DNA of 64,000 bases. Origin: Naegleria gruberi. Its lineage: Eukaryota. The notes beneath the pieces were generated by a model. That model did no database searches. It was not told the DNA's origin and worked only from the letters and a program-made list of their open reading frames with translations. Location of the stretch: the NCBI GenBank assembly GCA_000004985.1, contig GG738906.1; one strand, 5' to 3'. The first letter of the stretch is position 1. Each line of letters begins with the position of its first letter. Positions 21,243-33,633 of this stretch are shown piece by piece. Both the position numbers and the translations under genes were made by a program.

Positions 21243-21446
21243 TCAATCATCTTCTTCCTCACCTGGCCTTTGGAATAATGTAATTTGCTTTTCTCTTCTG
21301 TATGTCTTCTCCTTTTCTCTGATCTTTTGCCACAATTCCCCAGGCTGTTTAATTTTGTCTGAGCATTTATCTACAATTCTCTCAATATCATATGTTTTAT
21401 ACAAAAACACACCAGTGCTGACACCTAACACAATTGTTGGTAACAT
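21243..21446 (-). CDS. Small protein (67 aa) with one hydrophobic helix and an acidic tail; hypothetical small membrane protein.
   Basis: MLPTIVLGVSTGVFLYKTY...GEEEDD. GC-richer codon usage than its surroundings suggests a real expressed gene. Confidence 0.35.
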   Translation of the reverse strand: MLPTIVLGVSTGVFLYKTYDIERIVDKCSDKIKQPGELWQKIREKEKTYRREKQITLFQRPGEEEDD

Positions 21447-21798
21447 TTTGTTTTGTTTTTTTTGATTTTACTTTTTGCGACAATTAATAGGAGATTTTTG
21501 AGTGGTGGCAGATGGTTGTTTCTTTTTTAGAAATTTTTAGTTTTGGCTAAATTTTACTAGATTTAAATGGTGAAAAAAACTAATTTCCTTTTGGCAGTCA
21601 TCTCATTAGAATTTTACAATAAATGTTTCGTACATTTTTTTTTAGGAAATAATTTGACAGGATTTACTTTGTACAAAATTGAAAATTAATCAGCAAGTTG
21701 TTAAATAAGCATGATTCAAAATCATCCTCAATAAAGCTTCTCTTAATGAGTACAGTGGTGCCATTATCCAAACAACAATGTACCAATGAGTTAAGAAA

Positions 21799-22818
21799 TT
21801 ACACCAAAAGGACAGCATTAATACATCCATCATTTTCTGGATTATTTGTAACTTGAGCATATTTACCCCACACAACTTTACCATTTGGAGCTACTAATCC
21901 CAAGTCAGAAACGTTGACTTCAAGAACTGTACCCTTAGTAATTACACCTAAAGTTGTATACATGTATGATTGTGGATTCTTTTTAACACCCAAAATTGGT
22001 AATTGGAAAGTTGCCTTCAATTCAGGATGTGTGACGTTTGCCTTTGTAAATCTGAGAGCCATAGGTCTAATAAATCTTTCAAATTTAGGTGGTTTTCTGG
22101 TAAAATCTTCACCTACATAACTGACCTTATTGATCATTCTCTTATACATTTGTCTCTTTCTCTTACCACTACGAACAATCTTGAACATTTCATCTTCATT
22201 CAAAGCTCTAACCTTTGGTACAGGAACAGCCCATTTACCAGCCTTTTCCTTTCTCTTTTGTTTAAGAGTATTTGAGAGAATCTTTGCATGTGAAACACCT
22301 TCACGATCCATCAAATAAGATGGAACAGCTCCACCATGAACAATATCTTCACTTGGTGTACGTTCTTCCTTATTCTTTTGTTCATGTTCTCTAATTTGTT
22401 TTTGCATTTGAACCTTTTCGGCGTGACGTTTCTTGGAGAAGAGTTTAGCCTTGATACCTCTCAACTTGGTTGCCATCTTTGAGGTCTTGTTATGTAAACG
22501 AGCCTCCTTCTTTCGTTTAGTTTCAAAATAATCCAATCTGTGACCATGTTTTTTCTGGTGCTCTTCAATATAATTTCCTTGTGGCTGTTGTTTTCAAAAT
22601 ATATATATTGTTATTATTTTTGTGATGACGATGAAGAGTCGGAATAGTGTAAATCCACAATATTGTCAAATCCGTAATTAGAATAGTAGATGCATCAATC
22701 CATCAAGAATTTGTTATTGGAATATTAAAATTTTGCCGTTAAATTTGTTAGACAGGTTTTCACGTAATAATATAAATCATCATTTAAAATAAAAGTTACC
22801 AGCAAAGCAACCTACCAT
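21799..22818 (-). CDS. NSA2: Ribosome biogenesis protein NSA2 (TINP1 family). Start codon is on a 3-nt first exon: ATG at 22818-22816, intron 22815-22585 (231 nt, GTAGGT...CAG), main exon 22584-21799.
   Basis: The main exon begins [27 protein letters not shown]...[21 protein letters not shown], colinear with NSA2 (MPQNEYIE...). An in-frame TGA lies immediately upstream of the PQ codons, and ATG|GTAGGT is found 231 nt upstream. Confidence 0.8.
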
Positions 22819-23068
22819 TGTGTTTGAATATTTTTTTTTGAACAAAAAAACTCAAATATTTTGAAGAAGCGTCTGATACAAATCTTTAAGAACACAAAAG
22901 AAATTATTCCACTATTATATCGGGTAGAGTAGGATCCTAATATTTTAATAACAACAATAAGATTCATTCAAATGTATTAATTGCCAATGGTTGTAGATTT
23001 AAGTAATCCGATATTGAACATACATCAAAAAAAAATTAAAAGTAAATTTATTCAACTAATACCAAACC

Positions 23069-26000
23069 ATGGCAATACCACCACGGCTGTTCGTCAACAA
23101 TATTAGTCGATTGGTATCTAATAGTAATAATAATAACAATGTTAATAATAATAATAATAACAATAATGAATCTGCTACGACTCTGGGAAGAACACATCAA
23201 GCAATTAATACACCTAGGAATGAAACATCATCGTCTGTTGTACAGAATAATAATAACATTTCTAATATCACCACCCCACAACCTACTCATGTTTTAACAC
23301 CAAATGTCCATAAACATCTTCCTCCACAAACTATGGGGAGTGTTCCTGTTGGAATATCGGAAATTGTTTCACAATTAGTTGGAAAGTTTCTGCCCCCTGA
23401 TGATGATTTTGAAGATGATGATGATTTTCTTTCAAATATAGAAAAGCAAACCAATGCTTTAAATATGATATCATCAATAGTTGAACATTATGAAGACATG
23501 TATCAAGACTTGACAGATCATCCATTACTAGATTTGAGAGGAGATTTTGGAATTGGTACTCTTCTTCAAATTACTGGAGAGGAATTTATCGAAGAAATTA
23601 TTCAATATTTAATGCATTACATTTCAGGAGAATATAATTCTGAAGAGGAACAAGTTAAAAAAAACTTTTTACTTTCAATTTTACGTACTTTACACATGAT
23701 TTATCCTGCTGGATTTGAAAAAACTTTTCTAATGGATGAAATAATGACATTCTTTTCAAAGGAAGTGAAAGAATTTATTAATACTTCCAATAGACCAACG
23801 AGTGACAATGAATTTTTATTTAATTATTCTAAATATGTATACTGTCTTGGATTATTAGGAAGTATTAGTAGGAATTCATCTGATGCAACAACATTTTATA
23901 TTCAAGATGAAATTCCACAACTTTTGTGCAATAGATTCAAACAAAAATTAGAACATATTCCAAAAAGACAAAAGAAAAAGTTGGATATTAAAAATTTCAA
24001 TATAGACTGTAGAACTTTCTCTGGAGAATTTCCAACTATAATTGAACTAGAATATCAGGAATTACGTAACTTGGTTTCTTGTCTCAGTTTTCTTGGAGAA
24101 TACATTGAAGTCATTCAATTTATTATGCAAGCTGGTGGTGCTTCTATAATTTTACCATTACTCAAATCCAAAGACAAATACTTAATGTCAGATGGTCTTA
24201 AAATGTCAGACTCTCTACTTGCACATGTATCATTTGCTCAAAATTTTGTTGAAAAAGGATGTCTAGGATCTCTACTCAAATTACCAGCTATTAATTATTT
24301 ATCGGGTGGTCTTTCCTTATGCCTATCAAGTATTGCAAGCTATCCAGATATCATGGATAAAGTGTTTAAAAATGAAACTATTACTGACAAATTAACAGAG
24401 ATGGGAATAGGATTTTTACAATCTAATCATAGTGAATTGAGAAAATATGGTTGTCAATTCTTTCAAAATGCTTTTGCCTATGTTTCTGTTGTAACTAAGT
24501 TTGATAAGGAATCAGGGTTGAGTATTTTACTTTGTAAGTGTTTTTTTATATTGTTTTAATTCTTACAATATTTAGCAATTCTAAAGGTTGTTTTGAATGA
24601 AAATTCAAAAGAGGACCAAACTTTAACAAGACAATTAATAACAACATGTTGCCAAACTATTAGATCTTACTTTCAATTTCATGTATTACATTTTGGATTT
24701 AATTTACAAAAGAAAATATCTAAAAAGAAAAAACTCAAATATATGGACTTTCAAAATAAGGAATTTACCAATAGAATTGCCCTTGAGCCTTTCAAAAAGA
24801 ATATTTCTGCACTAATGAATGCATTTCAAGAGCAAATTTTTGCTCCAGTTGTAAAAATTGTAAATAGTCAAGATATAATGATATCACTGATGGAAATTTT
24901 AAATAAGAGTAGCTATCTTTGGATGGATGGCATTATTTCCTTTACAGTTTTGGAGATTTTTGAATTAATATCACTCTCTCCATTTTCACACATACCTTTA
25001 GTGGAATGTGAAGTACCAAGTGGTAGAACTGGTATTTCTTTATTGTTGGGTTGTTCTACAGTAGAGAGGGAACCTTTTGTTGTAGAAGCAGCACTGAGGA
25101 CTATACATAACATGTTCTTCCCACACTCTAAACCAATGTCATATCTAATTCCTATTAGAAAAAATTTATGTGAAGTTTTCCGTAATAATGATGGTATTAG
25201 AGTATTGTTAGATAATTTATATAATTATGATGACCCAAGTAATTTAAATATTTTGAGAAAATTATGTTGTGACATTTTGATAGAACTTACAAATGATTCA
25301 GCAATTAATCAAATTCTTATCAAAATTGAAATTGGTGGATTATTAACAGATTTACTAAAAGAGAAGCAAAATGAAGAACAATATGAATCTTTTAATCAAC
25401 TAAAAGAATCTGCTCTTAAACTATTAGAAAAAGTAACAGGTAGAAAGTCAAAAACTGTCATAAGAGAAGCCAAGGATGATACTCTTGTCAGATTAGAAAA
25501 AGCAACTATTGCATCAAATACCCATATTACTTATAGACAAGATGAACTTTTACAATTAATTCATGAATATTTGGATAATAAGGGATTGGTTGAATCTGCC
25601 AAATGCCTAATGAAAGAAGCGAAAATCCCCAAATCTAGTTTGAACTTTCAAATCCCTTCTTTACCAAAACCAAAACCTTTACTAGATAGAATTGTAGTTA
25701 ATTATCTTCGTCAACAACACAGAGAATGTGAAGAACCTATTGCTGTTCTCCCAGAATTTTCATTATTTCACAAACATTGTTGTCCTAAACAAGGAAATTC
25801 TCTAAAAAGTTCTAAATGTTTAGTAAGAAGATTAAATTCCAGGAAAATTTCAATACATCCACGTGATATAGGATATGATTTTCAAAGAAAGAATAGAAAA
25901 TTCCTATACTCTAGATTGAAATATTCTAATACTGTTATTGGTGAATCTGAAATTATTTCTTCAATTGCATTTGCTCCTGATTCTTCTAAAATTTACTGTT

Positions 26001-27082
26001 CTTCTGATGAAGGAGATTTATTTATATATGATAGAAATGGAGGAGATTTAGTAGATCAAGTTAAAATATTCGAAGATTCTCCACTGAGAGGTATTCAATT
26101 CTCAACGGATAGATTAATAGAACCTCGTTTCCTAGCTTGGGGAGAGAATTCCTCCTTTTTATATGGTATTAATTCATTAAGACAGCCATTATTTGAATAT
26201 AAGGATTGTTTCTCTGCTACTTTTAGTAATGGTAATGATCTAGTTGCTGCAAGTAGTTTTGATACAACAAAGATTTACAATATTGCACACGGTGAAATTA
26301 TTGCAACATTCAATGATTTATCTAGTGAGAATGAAACTATTGCATGTTTTAGTCCCTATGATGACTTGGTACTAGCAAATGCATGTTTATGGGATATAAG
26401 AATTCCTAGATCAATTCACAGATTTGATCGTTTGAGCCAAATTAGATTTAATCATTTCAATTCTAACGGTCTTGAAGTTATTATTAATAGTGAAATTTGG
26501 GATTTAAGAACATTGAAATTATTAAATACATGTTCTTCACTCAAAGATGCCACCTATGTTAGATTTAATAATGATAAGTCTGTCATGTTTGCAGGTTATA
26601 ACAATGCTTCACAAGATATGATTCATGAAACATTATCCAATACCTTCAAAGTAATAGATACATCTTCATATCAATTATTGTCTTCCCACACTTTTGAAAG
26701 ACATGAAATTCACGATATTTCTATTGATCCAGTTTATAATTATGTTTCCTTACTATCCCATAATTCACCATTCAGCTCGGTTAAAATTTATGAGATTGGG
26801 CAAACAAAAGGTGATGTTCCATATGAAGATGATGATGATGGAGATGAACATATGGAAAGTGATCAAGATTCAGATAGTGAGGACGATGATGAAGATGATG
26901 AGGATGATGAAGAAGATTTGTTTGGAAATCATCCAATATTTGATGATGGAGATGAAGATTTCATGTCAGATGATGAAAGTATAATAATAGTAGATGATGA
27001 AGATGAAGAAGATTTTGATGAAGAAGGTGACAATCATACAGAAATAGTCTACGACTTGGATGATGATGAAGAATTACAATAA
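23069..27082 (+). CDS. DCAF1: DCAF1/VprBP-like CUL4-DDB1 substrate receptor (about 1323 aa), 2 exons: 23069-24533 and 24576-27082 (42-nt intron).
   Basis: LisH motif (YRQDELLQLIHEYLDNKGLVESAKCLMKEAKI), a WD40-like region and a long acidic C-terminal tail in the DCAF1 order. N-terminal poly-Asn. Splice GTAAGT...TTTAG restores frame. Confidence 0.65.
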
Positions 27083-27276
27083 ATTTAATCATCAAGACTA
27101 AAGATTTAACCCTTTTATCTCTGTAGAAAATGAAACAAGAACTTTTTAGTTCTATTGGTTGTTGGAGAGTGGTCTAAATAAATTCAAGACTTTGAAAAGA
27201 GTACAAATCAGACCTCCTTCCATAATTGATTTAAGTTTGAGAAGAATGGTGTTATAAAAACTTCAAACATAAAAAA

Positions 27277-29894
27277 ATGGTGAAACAATCATCATCATCA
27301 GCATCACACTGCTGGCAACATCATTCTCTTGTGGTTTCAATAGCAGTTGCATTGTTAATCATCATATCAAGTCATCACTCAATTCTAGCAACAACAGTAA
27401 CTTTGGATAATTCTGGTGGTATTGACACAACTATTACTACTATGGATACTAATCCTATTGTAAATATTCATAATGACGCATCATCATCATCATCATCTCC
27501 AATATTGCATAAAGAACAAACATTAAATGAAATATTCGGAGTTATTCAAAATGATGAATCAAGTATTGGGGTGAATTTTCTTAAATTTATGAACTTTTTT
27601 CAAAGAACTGAACAATTTCATCCTCTCTCCGATCAAGAAAAACACTCTGGTAAATTTAAAAAGATTGCACTTTCAATTATTTATCACATTCTTGATAGAG
27701 AATTAATTTATTCTACAAATCAATCACCAATTCTTAAATTATTTGATTTATCACCATCTGAAATATTGAGAATGAATAATTTAATGAATACTACAAGAGA
27801 AATAGTTTTAAAATTATCTGATTCAATTATTTCACAACATTTAATTAGAATTGAACCATTAGAGGATGATAATGATGAATTTTCACTTCCACTTAAACAA
27901 TTTGTTGAAAAACAAATGTTAAGATTGAAAGATTTTCTCATTCAAATTGTTAAAATTTACAAAACTAGAAAATATAATTTGAAAGAATTAGGGTATGATA
28001 AAGAAGGTAACAAGCAACCACTCAAATATATTGTAATTGGTTCTGGTCCAATTGGTTTATTAAGTGCCATAGAAGCATCTTTACTCTTACCTAAATTATA
28101 TATTATTGAAAAGAGAACAAATTATTCAAGAGATGTTTGGTTTGATTTGTATCCTAAACCATTTAGTCAATCAGTTGAATTATTGGACGAATTAGCTTTT
28201 TCAACAGAATTTCCAAACTTGGAAATTAAAATTAGTTCAGTTGCAGATTCTGATGGAGATGAAAGAAGAACCTATACTGTCAGATGCCAAATTACTCAAA
28301 GATTTTTATCAAAGGTTATTTATTTATTAGATAATGTAGAATTTATATTTGGATCTCAATATATTAGTCAATGTAAAGTGAAAATACCAAAAGTAACCAA
28401 TCCAAATTCATACTCTCATAATTCAATTCTTGAGAACAGATGGAAGGATATCGGATTTAAACTGAACTCAGAAAGTGAATATCAAGTTGCTCTATTTTAT
28501 CATGGTAAATCAAAAGAATGTTACTCCCATATTGATTATATGAGTTTCAATGAAACACAAGATTTATGTTCTCAATTTGGACAAGAATCATTCTTAAATT
28601 CTAAATGTAAAGTTGAGAGAATACCATTTGATATTCTTATTGGAAGTGATGGTTTATATAGTACTGTAAGAAGTTCACTCAATATTACTACCAGAGATAT
28701 TCATTCTTTTGATGTTTCGAATACGCTTTATGCTCAAACTTTATCAAGGGATCAAATTCCAAAAATTACTGTAAAACCAAGACTTGAACAAGTTGCTCTC
28801 ATAATTAATTTTAAGAGAACTGCTGATAATGACTGTCCAGATACTGCCATTGATGAAGATACAGGTGAATTTATTGGTAAGTTATATTGAAAATTTCAAG
28901 TTTATTTTAACGAATTTTTAATATTTCAAAAGATCCTTGGAAACCAAGTTTGTTATTAGACAATGTTTGTAGTGTTTTCAAGAGATTTTATGCTGGCCAT
29001 TGTCACATGCAAATTCTATTTGATAATAATTATGGTCAAAAGGCAATTGAAAAATACATGCATGCAAGAAGAAATGCACTGAAACAATTATTGGACAAGA
29101 ATAAGGAAGGATCAGTAGTCAATTCTGTTATTTTAGAAACTGAGGCCAAGGAAATTAGAAGTGCTGCTTTTGCAGATGCTTCAAGAGATTCATCTTATGA
29201 TGACTCCTCTAATGGTGATACAAAGAGAGTGATTCCAAATTGGGAGGAAGATGCTTTTGATTGGATCAAGATTATGTCAATTGTTAATACTGTTCTTGCT
29301 GAACCTTACAAGAATGTGAATGATTTTAGAGAGGCAATTGTTAATTCTGATACATTTACTGGGGATAAACAATTGGAGAAAAAGTATGATATGGTTCTAT
29401 TGAGAGTTGTATTACAAAAAGCAGAGAATTTGACAAGAGTAATTCAATTGGACAATCCAACCAATCCGTATGCAATTAATATTCTCAAAGGTGATTCAGT
29501 TGCAAGTGCTCATTTTCGTCTTGGTGTTGGTGTTAATAATGCCTTTCTAGCTTTTGGTGAAATTACAACCTTAATTCGTAATTTGGTTTTACTTGGACAA
29601 GATCAAAATGTTGCTACTTCATCTATCACAAAGGACAATCTTGAGAAGAGTATGGAAATTTATGAAGAAAAAGCACAATTCAGATGGAATCGCCTTATTA
29701 ACTATATGGCTACAGCAATGTATTTTGAATCGTTTTGTAATACTGTGGTGTTCATTGACCCTGGAGAATATTTCGGAATTCAAACCATTCAACAGAAGGA
29801 TTATGATTCTCTCGACTACATTCCTTTTGAAAATTTATATCAGGTCAAAAGATTTTGTCAAGCACAAGATAAACAATCATTGTGGTGGAATTAA
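27277..29894 (+). CDS. FAD-dependent (class A flavoprotein) monooxygenase-like protein with an N-terminal hydrophobic anchor and a long C-terminal extension; 2 exons: 27277-28876 and 28933-29894 (56-nt intron).
   Basis: YIVIGSGPIGLLSAIEA (GxGxxG dinucleotide-binding motif) and LIGSDGLYSTVRS (DG..S.VR FAD motif). Hydrophobic N-terminus HSLVVSIAVALLIIISS. Confidence 0.5.
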
Positions 29895-30112
29895 TTATGG
29901 AGAGGACAACATGATGGTCGGGAAAACATTACCTGCTTATTTCACCTCCTTCATTGTCGCCGACAGAATGTTTCCCCATAAGACATTTCATCATAATATA
30001 ATAAGGACAGTGATACTATCAGACACTACCAAATAAACAACAATAATTTAGTTAGAGATTAGAGTTTTATTATATTAATAAATAGGGTACAAAATTGTTG
30101 TGGTGTGATAAT

Positions 30113-30435
30113 TTATTCTCTCTTAGAAACCATGTGGTAAACATTTGGTGAGTAGTCGGTGAAGAGATAATCGTTTTGACCACCAGGAAGAGCACAGTGC
30201 TTAGAACTTTAGAGTGTTGATTTAGTTAGAATATAATGTTGGGTAATAAGAGGAATACTTACTAGAAAAGATTGCTTTCTTGGGAAACTCTGAAATCTTG
30301 GAAGACACCTCCTTGGGAAGATTTCAATGTTGAGGAGACAAGGAAAGCAGTAGCAGCACAACCTCCAAAAATTGCAAGTTGGAGACCACCTCTTCTAATG
30401 AAGTAGGAAGAAGTAAGAGGATTAAATTTTTGCAT
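30113..30435 (-). CDS. Small two-exon gene for an ~88-aa protein with one Gly-rich TM helix (exons 30435-30263 and 30206-30113; intron 56 nt, GTAAGT...AAAG); hypothetical, possibly a small mitochondrial or ER membrane subunit.
   Basis: MQKFNPLTSSYFIRRGGLQLAIFGGCAATAFLVSS...NLF|YSKHCALPGGQNDYLFTDYSPNVYHMVSKRE. The ORF track shows only the 73-aa first part. Codon usage is GC-biased like actin. Confidence 0.4.
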
Positions 30436-30715
30436 TCTAGTTGTTTTTTTGTATTTGTTGTTGAAGTGACAATGGCACAACATCAGCTAGTGTTAAATAA
30501 TAACGCGGAGTGTGTACCAGCTTTACAAAAACATGTCGATTCTTTGAGCATCTAAGTCAACTGATTATTTTTGGGCAAAAACTTGCCAGAAAATGTGCGG
30601 CAATACTGTAAAAATTACCTTATTTATTCCAAGGACCAAAAGAATCTACAAATAATTATTGAAAAATGTATTGGGCTGATTTTATTATTAATAATTATCT
30701 AACATTAATGTCAAA

Positions 30716-32116
30716 TTAATGAATAGATGGAATTTTAATACTACAGCCAATGAACCATTTGGGAAAGGAAAATACTAAAATCCCAACAATTTTTGGAAAT
30801 GCTAGTAACTGAGGAAACACTTGTCTGTAAAATATTATCATTAATAGAAATGTTAAAAAATTAATTAATTCAAAAGGAGGAAGGAAGAGATTGGATAAGC
30901 TTAAATTCCAATCAGTTACAAAATCAATAAAAATAACACAAAATAGCGCCAGTGTAAACGAATTACGAATCGTTGTAATATTAAATGATCTGAAACATTC
31001 TATCAAGGCAGACCACAAAGACAATCCTGCTGTTAAATACCCTATAAATAATCCAATTGATGTTATTAGTTTCATAACAAAATGCTTTTCTGATTGGATA
31101 GGAATTGAAAACATATTTCTTGTGTGACTGAAAATGGGTATTCCAGTATAGATCCAAATAATCCACCAATAAATAATATAAATACAAAGAGCAACAGCTT
31201 CTATTATGAAAGGAATAGATCCAATAAATAATTGTTTAGGTTTCATAAAATAATTATAAGAAAATGGAACAGTTTGTATGTGTAATTGACAGGGAAAATC
31301 TGATATTGACTGAGATAAATTATTTTCTGGTAAAATATCTATTACTATATTCCTCTTAGGTAAAACAAATTCAAGCTCAATAATTGCATCGATTATTTGG
31401 CTTTCTTTTTGTAAATTGTTTCCCAATAACTGTATCAATACTCTCTTCATTATGCTTGTTAGTGTAACATGGCTAGATGTTAGATGGGAATCAATATGTT
31501 CAGGCAATTTAAGTGAACTAAAGTTGGATTCTAGTCTCTTGGATGGCTTTATCCCTTCCAAGGAATATATTTGAACACATCGACCATCAGATTGCAAACC
31601 ATGAACTAGGAGAATTCCTTCCTTGGGTAATTTACGATTAAAATCTACCTTAATTTTCTCAAATATACAATTTAATTTCCGTAAATATTTTGGAACAGAT
31701 GAACTATTTGTACAATAACCCTTTCGAATGTAAATAAGAAACTCAAAGTTCTCTTGTGATGAATTGAAAAACATCAAGTAATTAAATCTGATTGATAATC
31801 TCAAACAAATTTTAAAATCCAACCTATTTTCGAAAAATATTTTCCTAGTTGATGATTTTAAGAGAAATTCCTTTTCTCTAATTGTACAGTAATTAGATCC
31901 AATATATTCATTACTGTGTACTTGTTTGATGAATTTTTCTTGTATTAATTTTATCAAACAATGATCACGATTGAATCGTTGATTATCCTCATATTTATAA
32001 TTATTGAAAATAGCCTGATATAAACAAATAAATGCTTGAATAATCCTATATATATCGGATACATTTAGAAAGGAACAAATTTCAAACCACTCATCTTCCG
32101 AAAGTCTTTTAATCAT
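30716..32116 (-). CDS. F-box-like N-terminus plus polytopic membrane C-terminal half; hypothetical (466 aa). Same architecture as the 6530-7948 protein.
   Basis: LSEDEWFEICSFLNVSDIYRIIQAF (F-box-like); the C-terminal 170 aa contain several hydrophobic helices (IPFIIEAVALCIYIIYWWIIWIY...). Confidence 0.5.
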   Translation of the reverse strand: MIKRLSEDEWFEICSFLNVSDIYRIIQAFICLYQAIFNNYKYEDNQRFNRDHCLIKLIQEKFIKQVHSNEYIGSNYCTIREKEFLLKSSTRKIFFENRLDFKICLRLSIRFNYLMFFNSSQENFEFLIYIRKGYCTNSSSVPKYLRKLNCIFEKIKVDFNRKLPKEGILLVHGLQSDGRCVQIYSLEGIKPSKRLESNFSSLKLPEHIDSHLTSSHVTLTSIMKRVLIQLLGNNLQKESQIIDAIIELEFVLPKRNIVIDILPENNLSQSISDFPCQLHIQTVPFSYNYFMKPKQLFIGSIPFIIEAVALCIYIIYWWIIWIYTGIPIFSHTRNMFSIPIQSEKHFVMKLITSIGLFIGYLTAGLSLWSALIECFRSFNITTIRNSFTLALFCVIFIDFVTDWNLSLSNLFLPPFELINFLTFLLMIIFYRQVFPQLLAFPKIVGILVFSFPKWFIGCSIKIPSIH

Positions 32117-32223
32117 GATTTTCGATAATAATTTTTTTGATCAAAAAAATCTTTTAATCGAGATCCCTAACAGAATTTAATTCAATTAATTTTATTAATA
32201 GAGCATGATAATTATTTAAAAAA

Positions 32224-32913
32224 ATGGGAGCAGATGGCGGAACATTATGTGACCGAAGGGATATCATAGTCAAGACCAAAAAACAAGATAAAAAACCAGA
32301 CAAGGAGGCAGTTAATTTTACAATTTGGAATTTATGTCGGTTAACAAAAGAACCCTTACATGATCCGATTGTAATGGACAAAGTTGGATTTTTATACAAT
32401 AAGACAAGTCTTTTGGAATGTTTAATTGATAAAAAGAAAAAGAAGAAACATAAGGAAATAATTGGACACATTGGTAAATTGAGTGATATTAATGATGTAA
32501 TTTTAGAGAAAAATCCCGATTTCTCTGAAGAGGACAAGGCAGAAACAATGGATAAAACAGCAGTTTCTTTGATTAGAAAATCCAGGTTCATTTGTCCTGT
32601 ATTGAGGGAAGAAATTAGAGGACAATTCTCTGTTTATTGTATTTCGAGTTGTGGACATGTAATGAGTGAGAAGGCAATTGGTTTAGCAAAAAAAGATGGA
32701 TGTTGCATGCTTTGTGAAAAACCTTTTCAAGAAAGTGACATTATCAAAGTTAATCCTGAATCAACAGCAGCCAAGGAAATTATTGAACAGATTATTTCTG
32801 AAAAGTCAAATGAAAAAAAGAGGAAAAAAACTACAAAAGAAGAAACTAACAAAAAATCCAAAACCTCATCCATTGCCAACGAAGAACATATTTGTAAAGA
32901 AAGTACTGAATAA
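32224..32913 (+). CDS. RTF2: Replication termination factor 2 (Rtf2, DUF602 / RING-like) homologue, 229 aa.
   Basis: The N-terminal MGADGGTLCDRRDII matches the Rtf2 MGCDGGTIP start. C2HC2 zinc-finger-like FICPVL...CGHV...CCMLCEKPF. Basic C-terminus. Confidence 0.7.
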   Translation: MGADGGTLCDRRDIIVKTKKQDKKPDKEAVNFTIWNLCRLTKEPLHDPIVMDKVGFLYNKTSLLECLIDKKKKKKHKEIIGHIGKLSDINDVILEKNPDFSEEDKAETMDKTAVSLIRKSRFICPVLREEIRGQFSVYCISSCGHVMSEKAIGLAKKDGCCMLCEKPFQESDIIKVNPESTAAKEIIEQIISEKSNEKKRKKTTKEETNKKSKTSSIANEEHICKESTE

Positions 32914-33012
32914 TAAATTGAATAATAATTTTAACACTCATTAAATTCACGTACAAATAATACATGTGAGCTTATCACACAACACAAACATTCCATAAAA
33001 AAACAGAAAAAA

Positions 33013-33617
33013 ATGAGTGAAGAACAAATTCATCACCTTGCTCAATTTTATAAATTCATCAGCAACAATAATAACCAACTGGTCGGAGTTGAAAATAATG
33101 CAACAACAAATGACAATAATTTTATACAATATAATATTGCTATTTTAGATTCAATAGTTCAATCGATCGCCTCGAATTCTAACATGTATCAAGCCTATGA
33201 TTGGAATCAACTGTATTTATACTTGTCATACAAGATTCATCACATAAGACAAATCTATCCTAATAATCAAGAAAATTTTGATAATCTAATGCAATCAATT
33301 GACAGTAATTTACGTAAATTTAATAGGTAGGTGTTTTATTCTAAAATATAGAATTTTAAAATTAATTTCTTCAAAGTAATCCACCCTTCACATTACAACG
33401 TCTTTGTGAATTGTTAATTGAGCCAAATAGACAATATAAAAAGCTTGGACATTTACTTAGCTCAATAGAGAAATGTCTAATTGTAAATTCATACATAACA
33501 GATTTTTCCGAAGAAGCAATGCTACGCACTATGGAACCATCACAAGAAGAAATTATCAATCATAATGCTCAACAAATTCTTGAAGAAGAAGACGATGTAA
33601 CAATGCAAGATGTGTAA
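33013..33617 (+). CDS. PPP4R2: Protein phosphatase 4 regulatory subunit 2 (PPP4R2)-like, 2 exons: 33013-33326 and 33377-33617 (50-nt intron).
   Basis: Exon 2 reads FTLQRLCELLIEPNRQYKKLGHLLSSIEKCLIVNS, near-colinear with human PPP4R2 [35 protein letters not shown]. Splice AG|GTAGGT...CAAAG|T restores frame. Confidence 0.75.
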
Positions 33618-33633
33618 AATAACATGATTATTT

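Noticed and set aside
21914-22318. Plus-strand ORFs overlapping NSA2 (21914-22120, 22003-22275, 22130-22318) and the minus ORF 21690-21884
   Set aside because: Antisense to or overlapping a conserved gene; spurious.
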